From the NCBI GenBank assembly GCA_951406725.2, contig OX597831.1, positions 10,354,001-10,418,000 of the forward strand: a stretch of DNA of 64,000 nucleotides, given 5' to 3'. Each line of letters starts with the position of its first letter. The stretch's first letter is position 1. The notes under the pieces were generated by a model. That model was not told the origin of the DNA. It made no database searches and saw nothing but the letters and a program-made list of their open reading frames with translations. This document shows positions 9,740 to 24,060 of the stretch, one piece after another. The translations under genes were made by a program, and so were the position numbers. The stretch is from Octopus vulgaris. Taxonomy: Eukaryota.

Positions 9740-11630
9740 TAATCTCTATGAAAGTAATAAGTGCGAACCTAAATAAGTTATTTTGCTGGCCATATTCTTT
9801 ATTTAGTTTACAAAAAAATGTTTGGAGTGATAAAGGTTATGATGAATTAAATAATCTCCAGAGTACCATACTAAAACAGGAGTTTTTATATGTCTTGACA
9901 TATAAAATCTTTGATAAATCTTTAAACATTTGGGAAGGTTCGCATTGTACTTGCAATTAGATACGTATATAAAAAAACCCAGAAGAAACAACGGCGGAAT
10001 GGAGAAGTTAGACGAAACAGTTCCATTTTGCGGCGATTGATCAATGCAATTTTTTTTGTCGGTCACCAACAATTATCACTTCAGGGTCGTTTTGTATACA
10101 CCAATACAATATTTGCGGAGATTATAAAGAATTCTTTTATTTATTAAGTAAATATGATGAAAAATTAGCGAGCTAATTTGATAGAGTTTCTGTTGTCTCA
10201 GGACTCTCAAATAGAATTCAAAATATTTGATCGATGTAGTTCGAAAGGTTATGCTGAATGAAATGGAAAATGAACTGAAGCAGGCTACATTTCTAACTAT
10301 TTTTGTAGATGAAACATTCGATGTATTGAACTATTTACAACTATCAACTGGTTTGTGTTGATCGTGTTACTAAAGAACGATTTATCGGTTTTAATGATGT
10401 TAACGCAGGTCTTTCAGCAAATGCCTTACGGAACATGGTTTTAATTGCAATGAATGGTAAAAGTGTGGAAGCAAATTCATTGCATAAAATCTATGATGGT
10501 GTCGCTACAATGGCAGGAAAATTAAATCGTTTGCATCCAAATGTAAGAGAGAAATACGAATGTGCTATCGTTGTTCATTGTTGGATCATGTTCTAAATTT
10601 AGTTCTTTCATCTGCTTGCCCTGGGCTAACAAAATGATAAATATATTTCCTACAATAAATGGACAGAGTATATTTTTTATGATATCACCCAAAACACTTC
10701 ATGTATTACGTAACATACTCCTCACGTCTTGTTATTACTGAAAAAGAAAATTGAAATCTCATAATCAGTCATTTTGAAAATATTGAAAATCACAAAGCAA
10801 GGGATGAGACCACAGTAAATTGTGCAACTGAATTCTCACATAATTTAAAAGTTCCCAGATTTTTTATATTTTTATTAGAAATATCTAGTGACGTATTTCT
10901 TAAGACATTTAAATAAGACATATGATGTCTTATTCAAATCCTTAAGACTGAAAGTATTTGTAAGGACTAAAACGGTTTTGTAAGGAGAAACTAGATGAAA
11001 CTAGAACCGCTTCAGGATATTTTAAGAGGAGCAAATATGGAATCGATACCACAATCAAAATTAAGTTATCCAGGAATAAATCGGTTGACCCCACCCAGCA
11101 ACATTATAGGATGAAAGTCGGCAGTTTGCACCCTGACCCCGCGATACTCATTCTTTGAAGAACTGCCAGTCATGGAAGATTTCATTTTCAGCCATGGTGA
11201 AGATTATCGCAAGAAATATCCAGTGGAAGCTTTAGATTCTTTAAAAACAACTTACGGCCGTTTCTGTTTTGTTTACATACAACAATTAATGTTATATTTT
11301 CAGTGCAAAATTTTAATAAGCTAAGTGTGAATATCTAATACATTACATTTATGTCAATGATCTGGCTGAGCCTCAGCCAAATCTCTTTCATCTTTGCAAT
11401 TACTATTTTTTTTTTGTGGTGGGGGCGCAATTTCGTCTTAAAATGACTGTAGAGAGATAGGCTTCTGCATTGAAAGAAATTAAAACTTACGAAAGAAATA
11501 CAAGATAGAATAGAATTTCGGTGTTGGGCCTTTTGTCAATTGAAAACAAAATTACTTCAACAACTGATTAAAACAAAAGATTTCTATGAGAATGCACTCA
11601 TAGAAAGATGGAAGAGCTGAATTTATTCAT
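9740..11630 (+). pseudogene. Decayed hAT transposase (ZMYM1/DUF4371, Tip100-like)
   Basis: Ordered motifs: LFCWP..VWSDKGY (TTF-type Zn finger region); FLTIFVDETFDV (~10290-10325); KERFIGF; YDGVATMAG..AIVVHC/DHVLNLVL (10492-10610); C-terminal dimerisation motif TVER*ASALKEIKTYERNT..RISVLGLLSIEN (~11446-11547). Many stops and frameshifts. Confidence 0.85.
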
Positions 11631-11889
11631 CAATCAGGTTTCTAAATAATGCATTATCGTACATTTTTTAAAGACTTTAAACGCATGAAAACAGCGAGCT
11701 CCTATGGCCGTGTTATGAAACTGATTTGGTTAAACACCTTGATAATTGCTTCAGCTCAACCAATAAATATTGTATGACCAAAATTAAAAGTCAACACGCA
11801 GACACACACACACACACGCTATATATATATATACATATATATATACGCACACACACAAACACACACACACACACATATATATATATATT

Positions 11890-11920
<31 letters not shown>

Positions 11921-13238
11921 ACATGTATATATTATAATGGCGCATACTTTAGTGTGTCTTGTATATGTAGTTAGATATAAGACTGTCACTGGCGTGTATC
12001 GAGCTTCTTACGAAAGTACATACATCATCGTCTTTATTCCCCTTGAAATGTAAAACCTGACCTACGCGTCCTTTACTCATCTAAGGGATATTATTTATCC
12101 CCAAACATTGTCCCCAACAACTTTGAGGTCATAACCTCCTCTTACTTTTATGTTTCACTATATTTTCTGTTTATATTTAATATCCGATTTCCATTTATTT
12201 GTGTTAATGGATGGATATCACTATTTCAAATAACGAACTAAAAAGAAGGCATTACAATATATTTACATTGTCACTGTCTCTCAGCCCTTTCCTCTCTATC
12301 ATTTTCGCCATGTTTTCTCTCCCCCCTCTCTCTCTCTCACTTTGCTCCTCTATGTTTCTAAGATCCCTACCCGTTTTTCTTCTTTACTTTCTCCTTATTG
12401 TATTCCCTTTTACTTTTTTCTTTCATTTCTTCATTCCATCTTTCTTTCATTTTTTAACTGCACGCTTCTCTTTTCTCGCATATTTTTTCTCTTCACTCTT
12501 TCCCTTTCTCTTCTTTTTCTCTCTATCATCTTCCCTTTCGGCGTAGTTAAATCAGTCTATTCATCCATCCAATTTCAGGCACTTGTTGTCTCTAACCTAA
12601 TGCTATAAGGACCTCCCGAATGATCAGCCATGGCTTAGAGTCCTGTTTGCACGCGTAACTAAACATGCTGAGGTTAGCATATACGACAGTCGCGAAACGG
12701 ACGTAAAGAACATATAGAAACTACTGTTTATCACAAATTTTATTAATATTATATTTATCTTGTTAAGGGATCTTGAGAGATGGTGCAGCAAGCTCATTTA
12801 GTCTATTTACACCCTTTGTCTACACCGTGAAATTTTCTTCATAACAAAACTCGGTGAATGGCTTCTTTACAAATCCGGGCGTGCTTCTAGCATATTCGAA
12901 TTCCTAATAACATTGGATTATATCCAGTATACGTATACATGATATATTATATAGACATGCATATGACATCTATATGTGATATATACACGTGTATATGTGT
13001 GATAATATGTGTACTATTGGGTAAATATACGAGAGCGTTGGGTGTGTGATCTCTGTACTGTAATTCAATCTGCAAACTTCTAGATAACTGTCCAAGAATC
13101 GAAATCAAAATCTTACGATGATTAGTGCAACACTCAACCACCTACATCCCGCGCCGCCATATGATGTACGCACGTATATAGATATGTGCATGTAATTATA
13201 AATGTATTGATATCTATATGAACAGACACACATATACT

Positions 13239-13280
<42 letters not shown>

Positions 13281-13679
13281 TGTGTGTGTGCGTGTGTGTT
13301 TGCAGTCGTAGGAAGAAAGAGCGGCATTTGAAGTCCTTATAAAGTTTTATCTTCAATACACTCTTTCGACTTTATACACGGCCGTAATACAACAGACTTT
13401 TACTTTTGTAAGACACAGAATTCTGAGAACATTCATATTTCAGTAGAATGAAATGAAAATAAATAAGAAGATCCTCACACATATCAGTATATAAACATGC
13501 ACCCGTACATCCGTTCGTTACTACTTACTACATAATGAAACGTCAGTGAATGTGGACGAACAGACTCTTACCTATAGATCACTAATGTGTAGCTTACGAT
13601 TCAATGCCATTGTTAATTTTTCACACTTTATATATTTTTATAGTATGTCATAATCATAACATATTAATCTCTATATTTT

Positions 13680-13754
13680 CAGATATATACATATACATAC
13701 ATACATATATATATACATATACATATACATATATATATACATACATATATATAC

Positions 13755-13817
<63 letters not shown>

Positions 13818-14160
13818 ATATATACATATATATATATACATATATATACATATATATAATCTCTCATATCTATATATATATATATATATAATACACACAT
13901 ATATATACCACCATATATCCAGACTTTCATAAACGCATGCATATATATAAATATATGTGTGTGTGTTTAATTATATGTATGTATATATGTATATCTATCT
14001 ATCTATCTATATATAAACATAAATATATATGTATGTATGTATGTGTGCTCACATGATTAAATAAATATTTAATAATTATAATGTATATATACATATATAT
14101 ATGCATGTAGGTATGTATATAAGATTGTATGACCGTATGCATGTATTTACACATGTATGC
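13680..14160. repeat. Compound (TA)/(CA)/(TACA) microsatellite
   Basis: Directly visible. Confidence 0.9.
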
Positions 14161-14731
14161 ATCTACCAGCGTTTCTTCTTGCTATATTATACATTTCCAA
14201 TAAGGAGCTACAGGAAATGATTTATCTCGGAGCACGCAGGCGTTGGACTGCGTTACAATGGCTGCAGATATTCAAGTGGATCCTGCTTAGAAAACACTTC
14301 TTTTGTGATAACAACAATCAACTCTACAAGAAGTCTTATCGCAATATTAGTCTACTGATTTCCAAAGGTTTGCTATGAGTGCTTATTGCTACATGCCGTC
14401 ATTCATGATATCACGTGATGTATATCTACACGATTATCTTCTTTATATATTAATGTATAATCTATTTCCATTCTTCTCGTTCTATTTTCTTTCCCTAATT
14501 ATCCAAACCGACGCCCCATCTCTGTCTCTGTCTCTCTCTGTCTCTCTCTCTCTCGTTTCGTTCTTCTTACTCAACTCCCTCTCTCCCTTCCTGTCTCTCT
14601 GTTTGTCTCTCTCTCACTGTTTCTGTCTCTTTTGTAGTGTTTACACGCGCGCGCAGACACACATGCACAGACACACACACACGTATCTACACATGCCACT
14701 CATTCGCTTAGTCCATGTTTATACGTGTATA

Positions 14732-14767
<36 letters not shown>

Positions 14768-15514
14768 TTTTCATCTATTCAAACCTACAAATGCAAGTGC
14801 TCGCACACGCGCATGCATCCACACACACGTATGCATCCTGCACTTAGAAGTGACTGTAATATCAGAATATTCATTGTCAAAATATTATGCAAATTCTACA
14901 TACTTAATTTCTACAGACAGAGTAATTCTTTTTCCGACCTAAAAAAGAAATATCATAAGCATATCTTCAGACTCCCCGAGCTGTTTCGAATGTTGACTCC
15001 TCTCTCAGAATATGGAATACAGTAACACTCATATGCTGCTTGCAGACAGCGGGCACACAGCTGCACTAACCTCGCGTTTATTTCTGAAACAGCTGTAAGG
15101 AAATTTTATGAACATCCCGGTCTTTAGTGTATTACTTGCGTTGGAATTCGTTTACCTACAGCAGCACATATAGAGCCAATACTACGAATTTACCTTATGA
15201 CCGATCTTGGAGTATAGCACCAAATATTGCAACCGTTGCTAATGGATCTTAGTGGAAGATTTACACAAACGTTTGTGATTTATCGTCCTTAAATCCATTA
15301 TTTCTCATAATTCATGGAATAAGCTTGATCGATATATTGTCTATAGACAATCTCTATTGAGGCGCCTATAACAATCGCGCGTTTATTTTAGACATGAAGC
15401 CGATTCGAGTACTAAACACAAGTGTTTTTTTATCTGACGCCATACGATAAAAATTTTACCCACAATTATATACATGCATTATATATGTCCCATGGATGTT
15501 GTTATACATTGCTG

Positions 15515-15720
15515 AGCACGATGCGCTTTGCATCGTTTGAACTTTCATATGATGGCAGTCCGCTGGCTAGATGAGCAGGCCAAGGTGAACCATGATTGGA
15601 GGCCATGATTATACATTTGCAGCCGTGTGGACGGAAGCATGGTGAAATGAAGAGCTTTTCTCAAGAACACAATGCGCCGCAAAGTATTTCTGTGGAACCC
15701 ACTAAACACAAGGCCTCGAG
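15515..15720 (-). mobile_element. Degenerate tRNA-derived SINE fragment
   Basis: gtggacggaagcatggtgaaatgaagagcttttctcaagaacacaatgcgccgc resembles the reverse complement of a SINE central domain. Confidence 0.45.
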
Positions 15721-16288
15721 CCTTCACACACACACGCACATACGCACGCACATACGCACGCACACACACACGCACATACGCACGCACATACGCACGCACT
15801 CGCACACATGTATATGAATATATTTATGAATAGATGCTTGAAAGTGTGGAAGAGAGGACATAACTATTTAGGTGACGAAATGATTCCCGTGCACAGCGCC
15901 TCATGTTCGCTGTCCACCCTATTGACATAATTCAGAGATAAGCCGGGCCAAGATGTCCAGTGCCTATATGGATTGCAGGCTTATAGGTGTGGAAGCACCT
16001 TGATCTTATGCGCAACGCCATTAACGCCATTAACGACAAATCTTTTATATCCGAGTTAAGCGTTAACAAATGTTAAGGAGTACTTCATTCCCATTAGTCT
16101 TCCAGCACACCAAACACAGATTTGGAATTCCTTACGGCCCGTGCCCTACATTTGACAGCTGTTGTTATAAGTCCAGGGAAGCTGAGTGGAGGTCGTTGAC
16201 ATCCCGGCCATACAAAAAGCTGTACTTCTTCCTGTGTAACCAGCAGCGCTCATGATTGACTTCACAAGTGACCTAACATACGCACATT

Positions 16289-16294
<6 letters not shown>

Positions 16295-16319
<25 letters not shown>

Positions 16320-16433
16320 AGTTATCCGTAATAATGAAGGGTGAAATTAATTAATTTGGAATAATTATCAATTACACCAAGTAGTCTTCGGCATGTAAAA
16401 GCCTCATTCGAGGAAAATTTAAGTAATACTAAG

Positions 16434-16496
<63 letters not shown>

Positions 16497-16513
16497 GTAT
16501 ATGTATATATATG

Positions 16514-16566
<53 letters not shown>

Positions 16567-16813
16567 TATTGTGTCTGGGGAAAGTAATTCTCTTTTAGTG
16601 CCTTATTACTTAACACACTCCAGGTTTTTTTTTCCAATCATTCAATAAATTTTCTCAAATTTCCCTTGCGTCTTGCAAACGTTTCAGTAGTGGTTGACTC
16701 TGTCCGTTATCAGAGCCTCGTACATTTTGTTTATTTGTTTGTTTGTACGTCAGTATGCATGAGTATACAAATACGTATGAATGTATGTATGTATGTGCGT
16801 ATGCATATACATA

Positions 16814-16884
<71 letters not shown>

Positions 16885-17021
16885 GCAGAATAGTTGACAT
16901 AACATCTTAGCAGATTGGGCGGTTATTTACCAAATATTGTCAAAATATTTTCGTAGCTATTTCGCTTTCGAGTTTACTTTATTTTCTCCGAAATACCATT
17001 TCACTCGGCGCTTGTACGTTT

Positions 17022-17090
<69 letters not shown>

Positions 17091-17102
17091 ATGTATATAT
17101 AA

Positions 17103-17139
<37 letters not shown>

Positions 17140-17316
17140 TAGATACATACATACATATATATAAATACATACACATACATACATGTATATGTATGCATAT
17201 ACATTCGTTTGACACTACACAAGCACAAACTTCTCTCTCTCTCTCTCGAACACATACATACTGACACAAACACACGCACACGTCAACACACGTACATACA
17301 GATCACCAATATCCCC

Positions 17317-17358
<42 letters not shown>

Positions 17359-17360
17359 GA
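16295..17360. repeat. (TA)n-rich tract holding several short non-microsatellite inserts
   Basis: Unique segments at 16321-16440, 16565-16745 and 16881-17020, each bounded by (TA)n or related simple repeats. Confidence 0.8.
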
Positions 17361-17988
17361 TAAATACTCTCTGTCTTTTCATTCTTTCACCTCGTCTCCA
17401 TAATTTGCTGTTTCTAAAGTTTTAAAAACTAATAAATAAAACATGAGCCAATACAAGAGACCACTAGCGCATGCGCATAGCTTACGCCATTCATCACCAC
17501 ACACGTTTCGGTAATAAATCTACTTTATGAACAAAGTATTAAAATGAATTTCAAAGAATCTATTAGGATTTATTGCTTAGCTTATCTCAAAATTAGTAAG
17601 AATCGTCCTTTGGCTTTAGAAGTCTTTGACAGTTACATTGCACTTACTGGTAATGCCTAATTGAAGCTAGCTGCAGACAATCAACTAAAGACAAATAATT
17701 TAATTAGCATGTCAGTGAAAGAAGTTTACCAACTCGTAGTTCACTCAATAGTTTGACGTATATAAATGTTGTTACGGATAACCGTCGATGATATATCAAG
17801 AGGAAAAAAAAAACAACAAAATGTCTTCTCTCTCTTTCATTGTGTGAAATCTGTTACGTTTGTTTCAAAACTTTTATTATGCTGTCGTATCTTTTCAAGA
17901 AATAAACTGAGCTCCCTGAGGTTCGAGTATTTACTCAGGTTCCTTCTTTTGTGTCTTATATGTGCGTGCGGGTGCGTATGTATGTGTG

Positions 17989-18025
<37 letters not shown>

Positions 18026-18028
18026 ATG

Positions 18029-18077
<49 letters not shown>

Positions 18078-18082
18078 GTATG

Positions 18083-18133
<51 letters not shown>

Positions 18134-18134
18134 G

Positions 18135-18187
<53 letters not shown>

Positions 18188-19979
18188 TTGAAAAAATTAT
18201 TACCTTTGTATGTTATTTATTCCCATGCTGGCCACTTGATAATATCGATATTTAAATATCGATATTATCCTTATATATATATATATATATATATATGTCT
18301 TTGCGTGTTTTTGTATTTATGCGTGTATATATATAAATGTTTCTCGGTCTGTGGGTGCGTGAGTGTGCGCCTGTGCGTATATATACGGGTATGTATGTGC
18401 GCGTGTGTATGTATATATGTGTGTGTGTGTATCTGTGGGTGTGAGTGTGTGCCTGTATGTATGTATATGTGCCTGTACGTATGTGCGTGTTTGTGTGTAT
18501 ACGAGTGTGTATATATATATGCGTGTGTGTGTGTATGGATGTGCGTGTGAGTTTATGAGTGTGATTGTGTGGGAGTGTGTGCTATAACGCCCAAAGTGTG
18601 ACCGACTTCTAATGCCCTGCCGTATATTATGATTTGTTCCTTTGCCAAGGGGGACGGCTCGCAGGACCTTTAGCATCCTAAATATTATATCGATCTCCTC
18701 ATATAGTTGATTTAAAGGTGAATCTGACATTAACAAGTTCTGACAAATAAATTTTCCACAAACATCTCCAAATATATTGAACAGAGATAAAGAATCTGAA
18801 CGTTTAAATTTCGATGATAAATATTCGGTCATACAATTTTTTTTGTAGGTTGAAAGTAATGTTTAACTCAGGAATTATTTTATACGAAGAAGGCAACGTG
18901 GAAATAACGTCATGGCATGAATGAACTCTGGAGGTTTAATTCTAGTTTCTTATTTTAAAAGTACGTATCAACAAAGAATTGAAAAAAAAAAATATCCATT
19001 CGTTGCTGTCTTTACTTTTAAACATGCAGAAAAATCTTGATCAACCTACTATGGGTTTTTCTTTTCCTGAAAATTTGGTCATTCCTTGCACGGATAAAAG
19101 TTACATTCCGAGTCATATGACCATATAGAGTCATATGACCAGTGACGCCGGTCCATCCTCGGATAAACAAAACACAAAAGAAATGCATAGGCAATCGGCA
19201 ATGTTTATATTATTACAGTAGCTTTTATATCGTAATTTAATTTTTTTGTGCCACGCTACAGCAGACAGGCGAACAAATGTCTCTGTATTTGTAAATAACT
19301 CACAGGGTAGCGACTCACTTCAGTATTGATAAGCCATAATAATGACGAAATATCGATATTTACCATTCTCGGTGATTCCAAGGTAAGTCGTTTCACCTTC
19401 ACGGATAAACAAACCACACACACTGTGTGTTTTTTAGTGTGCGCGCTTGTAAAGACGTTCCTGTCCAATTTACGAAAGCTACACGTCATTACGGCGGTAT
19501 TGGCCAAGGGAAATTAACATCAGATCACATTCTTCAAAGTTACGGCTTATACCCCTAAGCTTTGTTACCGGTCCGATTTGCATGCACCTTTTATATATCA
19601 TTATTTTTGAAACATTTCAATTATAAGGACATTATAATGCTTTTTATTATCAACTGTTGCAATATCGATTTCTCCTTACCGTTATACAAAAACAATGGAC
19701 AATAATAAGGTTCTTGGGTGAACAGAATCGTTAGAACGTCAGAAAAAAAAAACCTTATTTCCACTTTGTATTTTCAAGTCCTGCTGAGAGAGACTTTACT
19801 TTCCACCATTTCCATTTCGGTGCGATAAACTACCTGTCATCAACTAGATACACTGGACCCAGGAAAAGTTCTGGCCTTAGGCCTAAATTAGAACAAATCT
19901 TTAATAAATCAATTACAGTTTGTCCGGTGTGCTAGGGCTCTAGGCGAGGTATTTTTATCCGGCTTGCTAACGACTATGC

Positions 19980-20632
19980 TAGACCAGTTATCAATAATAC
20001 TTTCCAATGTTGGACCAGCAATCCCGGTGCAGGGTGTAAGTCGATATATATGGACCCCATTTCCCAAATGGTACTTATTCTATCAACCCCGAAATAATGA
20101 AAGTAAATGTCGATGTCGGTGGAATTTGAGCTTAGAAATTAAAAGACGGATGAAATGCTGCCAAGTCTCTTGCCCAGGATGGTCATGAATCTGTCAGGTT
20201 GCCACCAATAATCGGTTTTTACTTATGGTTTTAAATTATAAGATAGGGTCGGCAGTTTTTGAAGGGATGGCGTGGTCGATTACATCGACCCCAGTTTTAA
20301 ATGATACTTATTTAATCAACCCGATAAGGATGAAAGTAAGGTCGACGTAGGAGAAATGTGAGCTCAGAACGCAAAAGGGACGAACTATCGCGAGGTATTT
20401 TGTTCGGTATGCTAACATTTATAACAGCTCACCGCATTAAATTAATTAATATTCTTTTCTACTTAAGGCACCAGGCCTGCAATTTGCGGGGAGGGGACAA
20501 GTCGATTACATCGACTCTGAAGGATGAAAGGCAAAGTCGACCACAGTAGAATTTAATCTGAGATCGTCAGGACGGAAGAAATGCCGCTAAGCATTCTCTC
20601 CGGGGTACAAACGATTCTGGCAGCTTGCCTCC
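19980..20632 (-). mobile_element. Cluster of three degenerate family B SINEs
   Basis: Three successive blocks resembling ggatgaaaggcaaagtcgac..gaatttgaactcag; the last copy is flanked by ttaaattaatta. Confidence 0.7.
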
Positions 20633-21407
20633 TTAAATTAATTATTAATAATACTAGTAAATTTTCAAAGTTTAAGTCTTTTTATCTCGGGTGATTATTT
20701 AAATAAATTACCATTGTTGCCAGCTTTCACTTAACTATTGTTTACATTTGTAGCAGCATTTTGTTTCCTAAAGATGGTAGCTTCAATCCGTTTTGAATAA
20801 AAGTATATTTTCAGTGGATGCTGCCAACTGTCAAAATCAACAATTTGAATTAAGTTTTTAAATATTAATTTTAATATAGCTTCAATATTATTCAATTAAA
20901 ATATATTGTTTTTGACAGTTAATTAGTGTGGTTAAAGGAAGTTTAACAGCCACGAATAATGCCTTGAATTCAAATAGAGAACATTTAAAACTAGAAACTT
21001 TTCGCAGGCCTTGGCGTCTGATCTTTTCATAGTATTTCTTATTCAGCTCGTGGCATGTAGCTTGTTCGCTTATTTAAACTTGCTGTTGCTATTTGCATTT
21101 GCTTTTGCATTATTGATCGATGTATCCTTCTATTTCTTTGTTATGATGTGGAAACAAGCTTTCGGCAATGTTTGATGTCTCTATTTTTGTTTTTGCTTTA
21201 ATTGTTCCTTTTCAATTTTATAATTCCTTGTTTGAATAGAAAGACAATCACAGTAGATTCCACAAATCTAACACTTTAAAGAATCACTAAAGAAAACATG
21301 TATATTATAACGTAGACTTAATTGGGAACGAAAAAGGAAGGAAACAATGAGATAAAAGCCCACAAATGCAATGTTGTGAATGAAAAGATAACTTTGAAAT
21401 TATTCGT

Positions 21408-21738
21408 GGCACACCGTCGGTTACGACGACGAGGTTTGCAGTTGATTCAATCAGCGGAACAGCCGGCTTGTGAAATTAACGTGCAAGTGGCTGAGCATTC
21501 CACAGACACGTACACCCTAAACGTAGTTCTCGGGGAGATTCAGCGTGCTACAGAGTGTGACAAGGCTGGTTTTTTGAAATACAAGAGAAACATGAAAGAG
21601 TGAGAGAAATTGTGGTCTAAGAGTACAGCAGTTTTCCCCCACTCCCCCACTGCTGAAGCCTCGTGGATCTTTAGATGTTTTCGCTCAATAAACACTCAAA
21701 ACGCCCGACCTGGGAATCGAAACCGCTTTCTCACGAAC
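21408..21738 (-). mobile_element. SINE family C with adjacent repeat segment
   Basis: ttttcgctcaataaacac..acgcccgacctgggaatcgaaaccgc is shared with the copies at 25596-25779 and 42200-42391. Confidence 0.7.
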
Positions 21739-22511
21739 GGTCACATTTAGCGGAAACAGAATCATGTCTACGCCTCCGTGCATATTCAGGCATCTGCTTC
21801 AGTATCTTTGGCTTGGTTTAATCTCATTCAGTTGCGCGTCTTTCTCTCTGCTTTTGTGCCTTTGCTGCTAAATCAAACATTTTCCACCGCATCTTATAAG
21901 TGAAAGTTCGTTAAAAACTTACTTAGCGTGCTAGAAATAGCAGCCATCACATAGTAATTATTGTAAGGCTTATAGCCTTCTTAGCAGCCATATCATTAAA
22001 ATCAGTTCTCCGTTAAAAAAAAAAATCAGCGGTATATTAAAGAATTTTCATTATATAAAAATATTCAATTAACGAACTCCGGAAATTGATAATATTTTTG
22101 AAATTGTGTCTCGTATTAAAGTTATACGGCTTTTTTTGTAAACATTTTCATCAATAAAAATTGAGGTGAGCGAGAATGATTGACTGTTACAAATGAAAAC
22201 GTCGAATGTTGCCTGCAACGAATTAATATATTTTTTATTATTACACACGAAAAAAGAATCTACTTCACAATATATGCAATAAATATTTGAATTTATGAAG
22301 AATTGGACGCAGTGAATGCAATGAATATTTAAGTTTACCAGAATTTGGAGTTAAGAAAATTGAATAAACTTCAGAAATCGTAATTACAGGAAATTTCTAA
22401 GAAAATGAATTTATAAAAATATTTCCAGGCGGTCAGGCTTTTAATATTGCTTTCTTTTAGTACTTTTCATAATTGTTACATACCTAATGAATAAACAGCT
22501 TCTCCATTATA

Positions 22512-22601
<90 letters not shown>

Positions 22602-22614
22602 GCATGTATATATA

Positions 22615-24060
22615 GATTCAGATGAATATGGTACTTAAGTCAAAGGCACCATAATTTTGTATGGTATTATCCATATAAATCAAATGGGGGTGATTATAAT
22701 CAAAATAAGCAACAAGTATATCCGAGGTAGAGCAGTACAATCGTTTCAAGCTACTTCATTTTATTAAACACTGAAAGTATTATATCAGTTTTAAAATGTC
22801 GAACAATATTCAGCCACTTATAGAATTTTCCAGTCAAACGGACAATGTACATTCTTATCTCTATTTCATTTGCCAACATTATAAAGAGGGTAGATATATA
22901 GACAGAGAGGTTGATTTCATGCTTAAGAACATGATAGTAGCAAATTCACTCTTTGACTGTAGATTTTATTATAGAGTTTATTTTTTTATTTAGATCTGTC
23001 AGTAGGGAGGGAGATTTTGTTTTTGGTTGGATGGAGATAAAGAATTTTTTCTATTTATAGATATAGGAATGGGTAGTACAAATGTCAAAACCATAAACCT
23101 ATTCCAATCACGAGGTATCCAGTTAAGACACATTTGAATGTATTTTAACAAAAAGTTAGTAGGTTGAAGTTAGAGGGGTAGGGGAACATAGACTACTAGT
23201 GCTCTAGAGGTTTTAATGTCTCTTACCATTTGACATCCAGATTCCATATTAAAAAATCTAAGTAAATATTCTTTAGACAATTTCCTAAAGAATTTCAATA
23301 AATATTTGTATCTTATATAGGGATAGAAAAAATATAGAAATCATTTTCTATTTATATAAATATATATATATATGTATATATATATAGCCATTTCTATTAA
23401 TATATAATCATAATTAGCTAGTAAATGGTGATTTTTTAATGAGTTGATTTAAAAGAAAATGTCGGGCATAATATTTGCTAACTGTGAAAAAAAAAATATT
23501 ATATTAGCACGTATCTCAGGAGTCAATAAGATATATCAAAAAGTAAGGGAAGGGAGGTAATCACGATAAACCAAGTAATTTCTCTAGATATATAGAATTT
23601 TTTGTAATTATTTCCTATTAATATATCTCTATTTCTATTAACATAGAGTCATAATTAGCTAGTAAATGGTGAATTGTTTTATTAATGAGTCGAATTAAAA
23701 AATATGTTAGACATAATATTTAATACCTGAGGAGAAAAACTTTAGCAATTTAGTAAATATATCAGGAGTCAATAAGATATATTAAAAAGTAATGGAAGGG
23801 AGGTAATCAAGATGAAACAAGTATATATAATATATATATATTATATATATATAAATATATATAATTTTTTTTCCATCTAATATAGGAGAGTAAAAAAAAA
23901 TCTAATTTCATTATATAATGAAATTCCGTAGGGATAACATTAAAAAGGGACTGAATCGCACTGTTAACATATGGGAGGCACAGTATTGACTTAGAAACCT
24001 TTAATAGACGAGGTAGAACATTACGATGGTTTAATGAAATACGATGTAGCAACCAACAAT
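22615..24060 (-). mobile_element. Highly decayed Penelope-like retroelement remnant (tentative)
   Basis: Starts directly after (TA)n, has a GAAACGATT hammerhead-like 3' half on the minus strand near 22740-22748, and an ORF fragment with ILCLPYV reminiscent of the post-RT region of Penelope ORFs. Confidence 0.35.
23389..23809. repeat. Diverged tandem duplication, period ~242 bp
   Basis: atttctattaa..tcataattagctagtaaatggtga..caggagtcaataagatatat..aaaaagtaa..gaagggaggtaatca occurs at 23389-23562 and 23631-23809. Confidence 0.85.

Noticed and set aside
9240-12000. TIRs and 8-bp TSD for the hAT element
   Set aside because: A possible right end near 11990 (gtcactg) has no convincing left partner, so the boundaries were not called.
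16321-16440. Minus-strand CGAATGA-GGC..GCC-GAAG as a hammerhead
   Set aside because: Too many core deviations to support from a single copy.
16295-17160. Repeat/unique alternation resembling a CRISPR array
   Set aside because: The repeats are variable-length (TA)n, the spacers are irregular, the context is eukaryotic and there are no cas genes.
13604-18587. Numerous YI/CV/HT-repeat ORFs here and throughout the window
   Set aside because: Products of (TA)n and (CA)n repeats.
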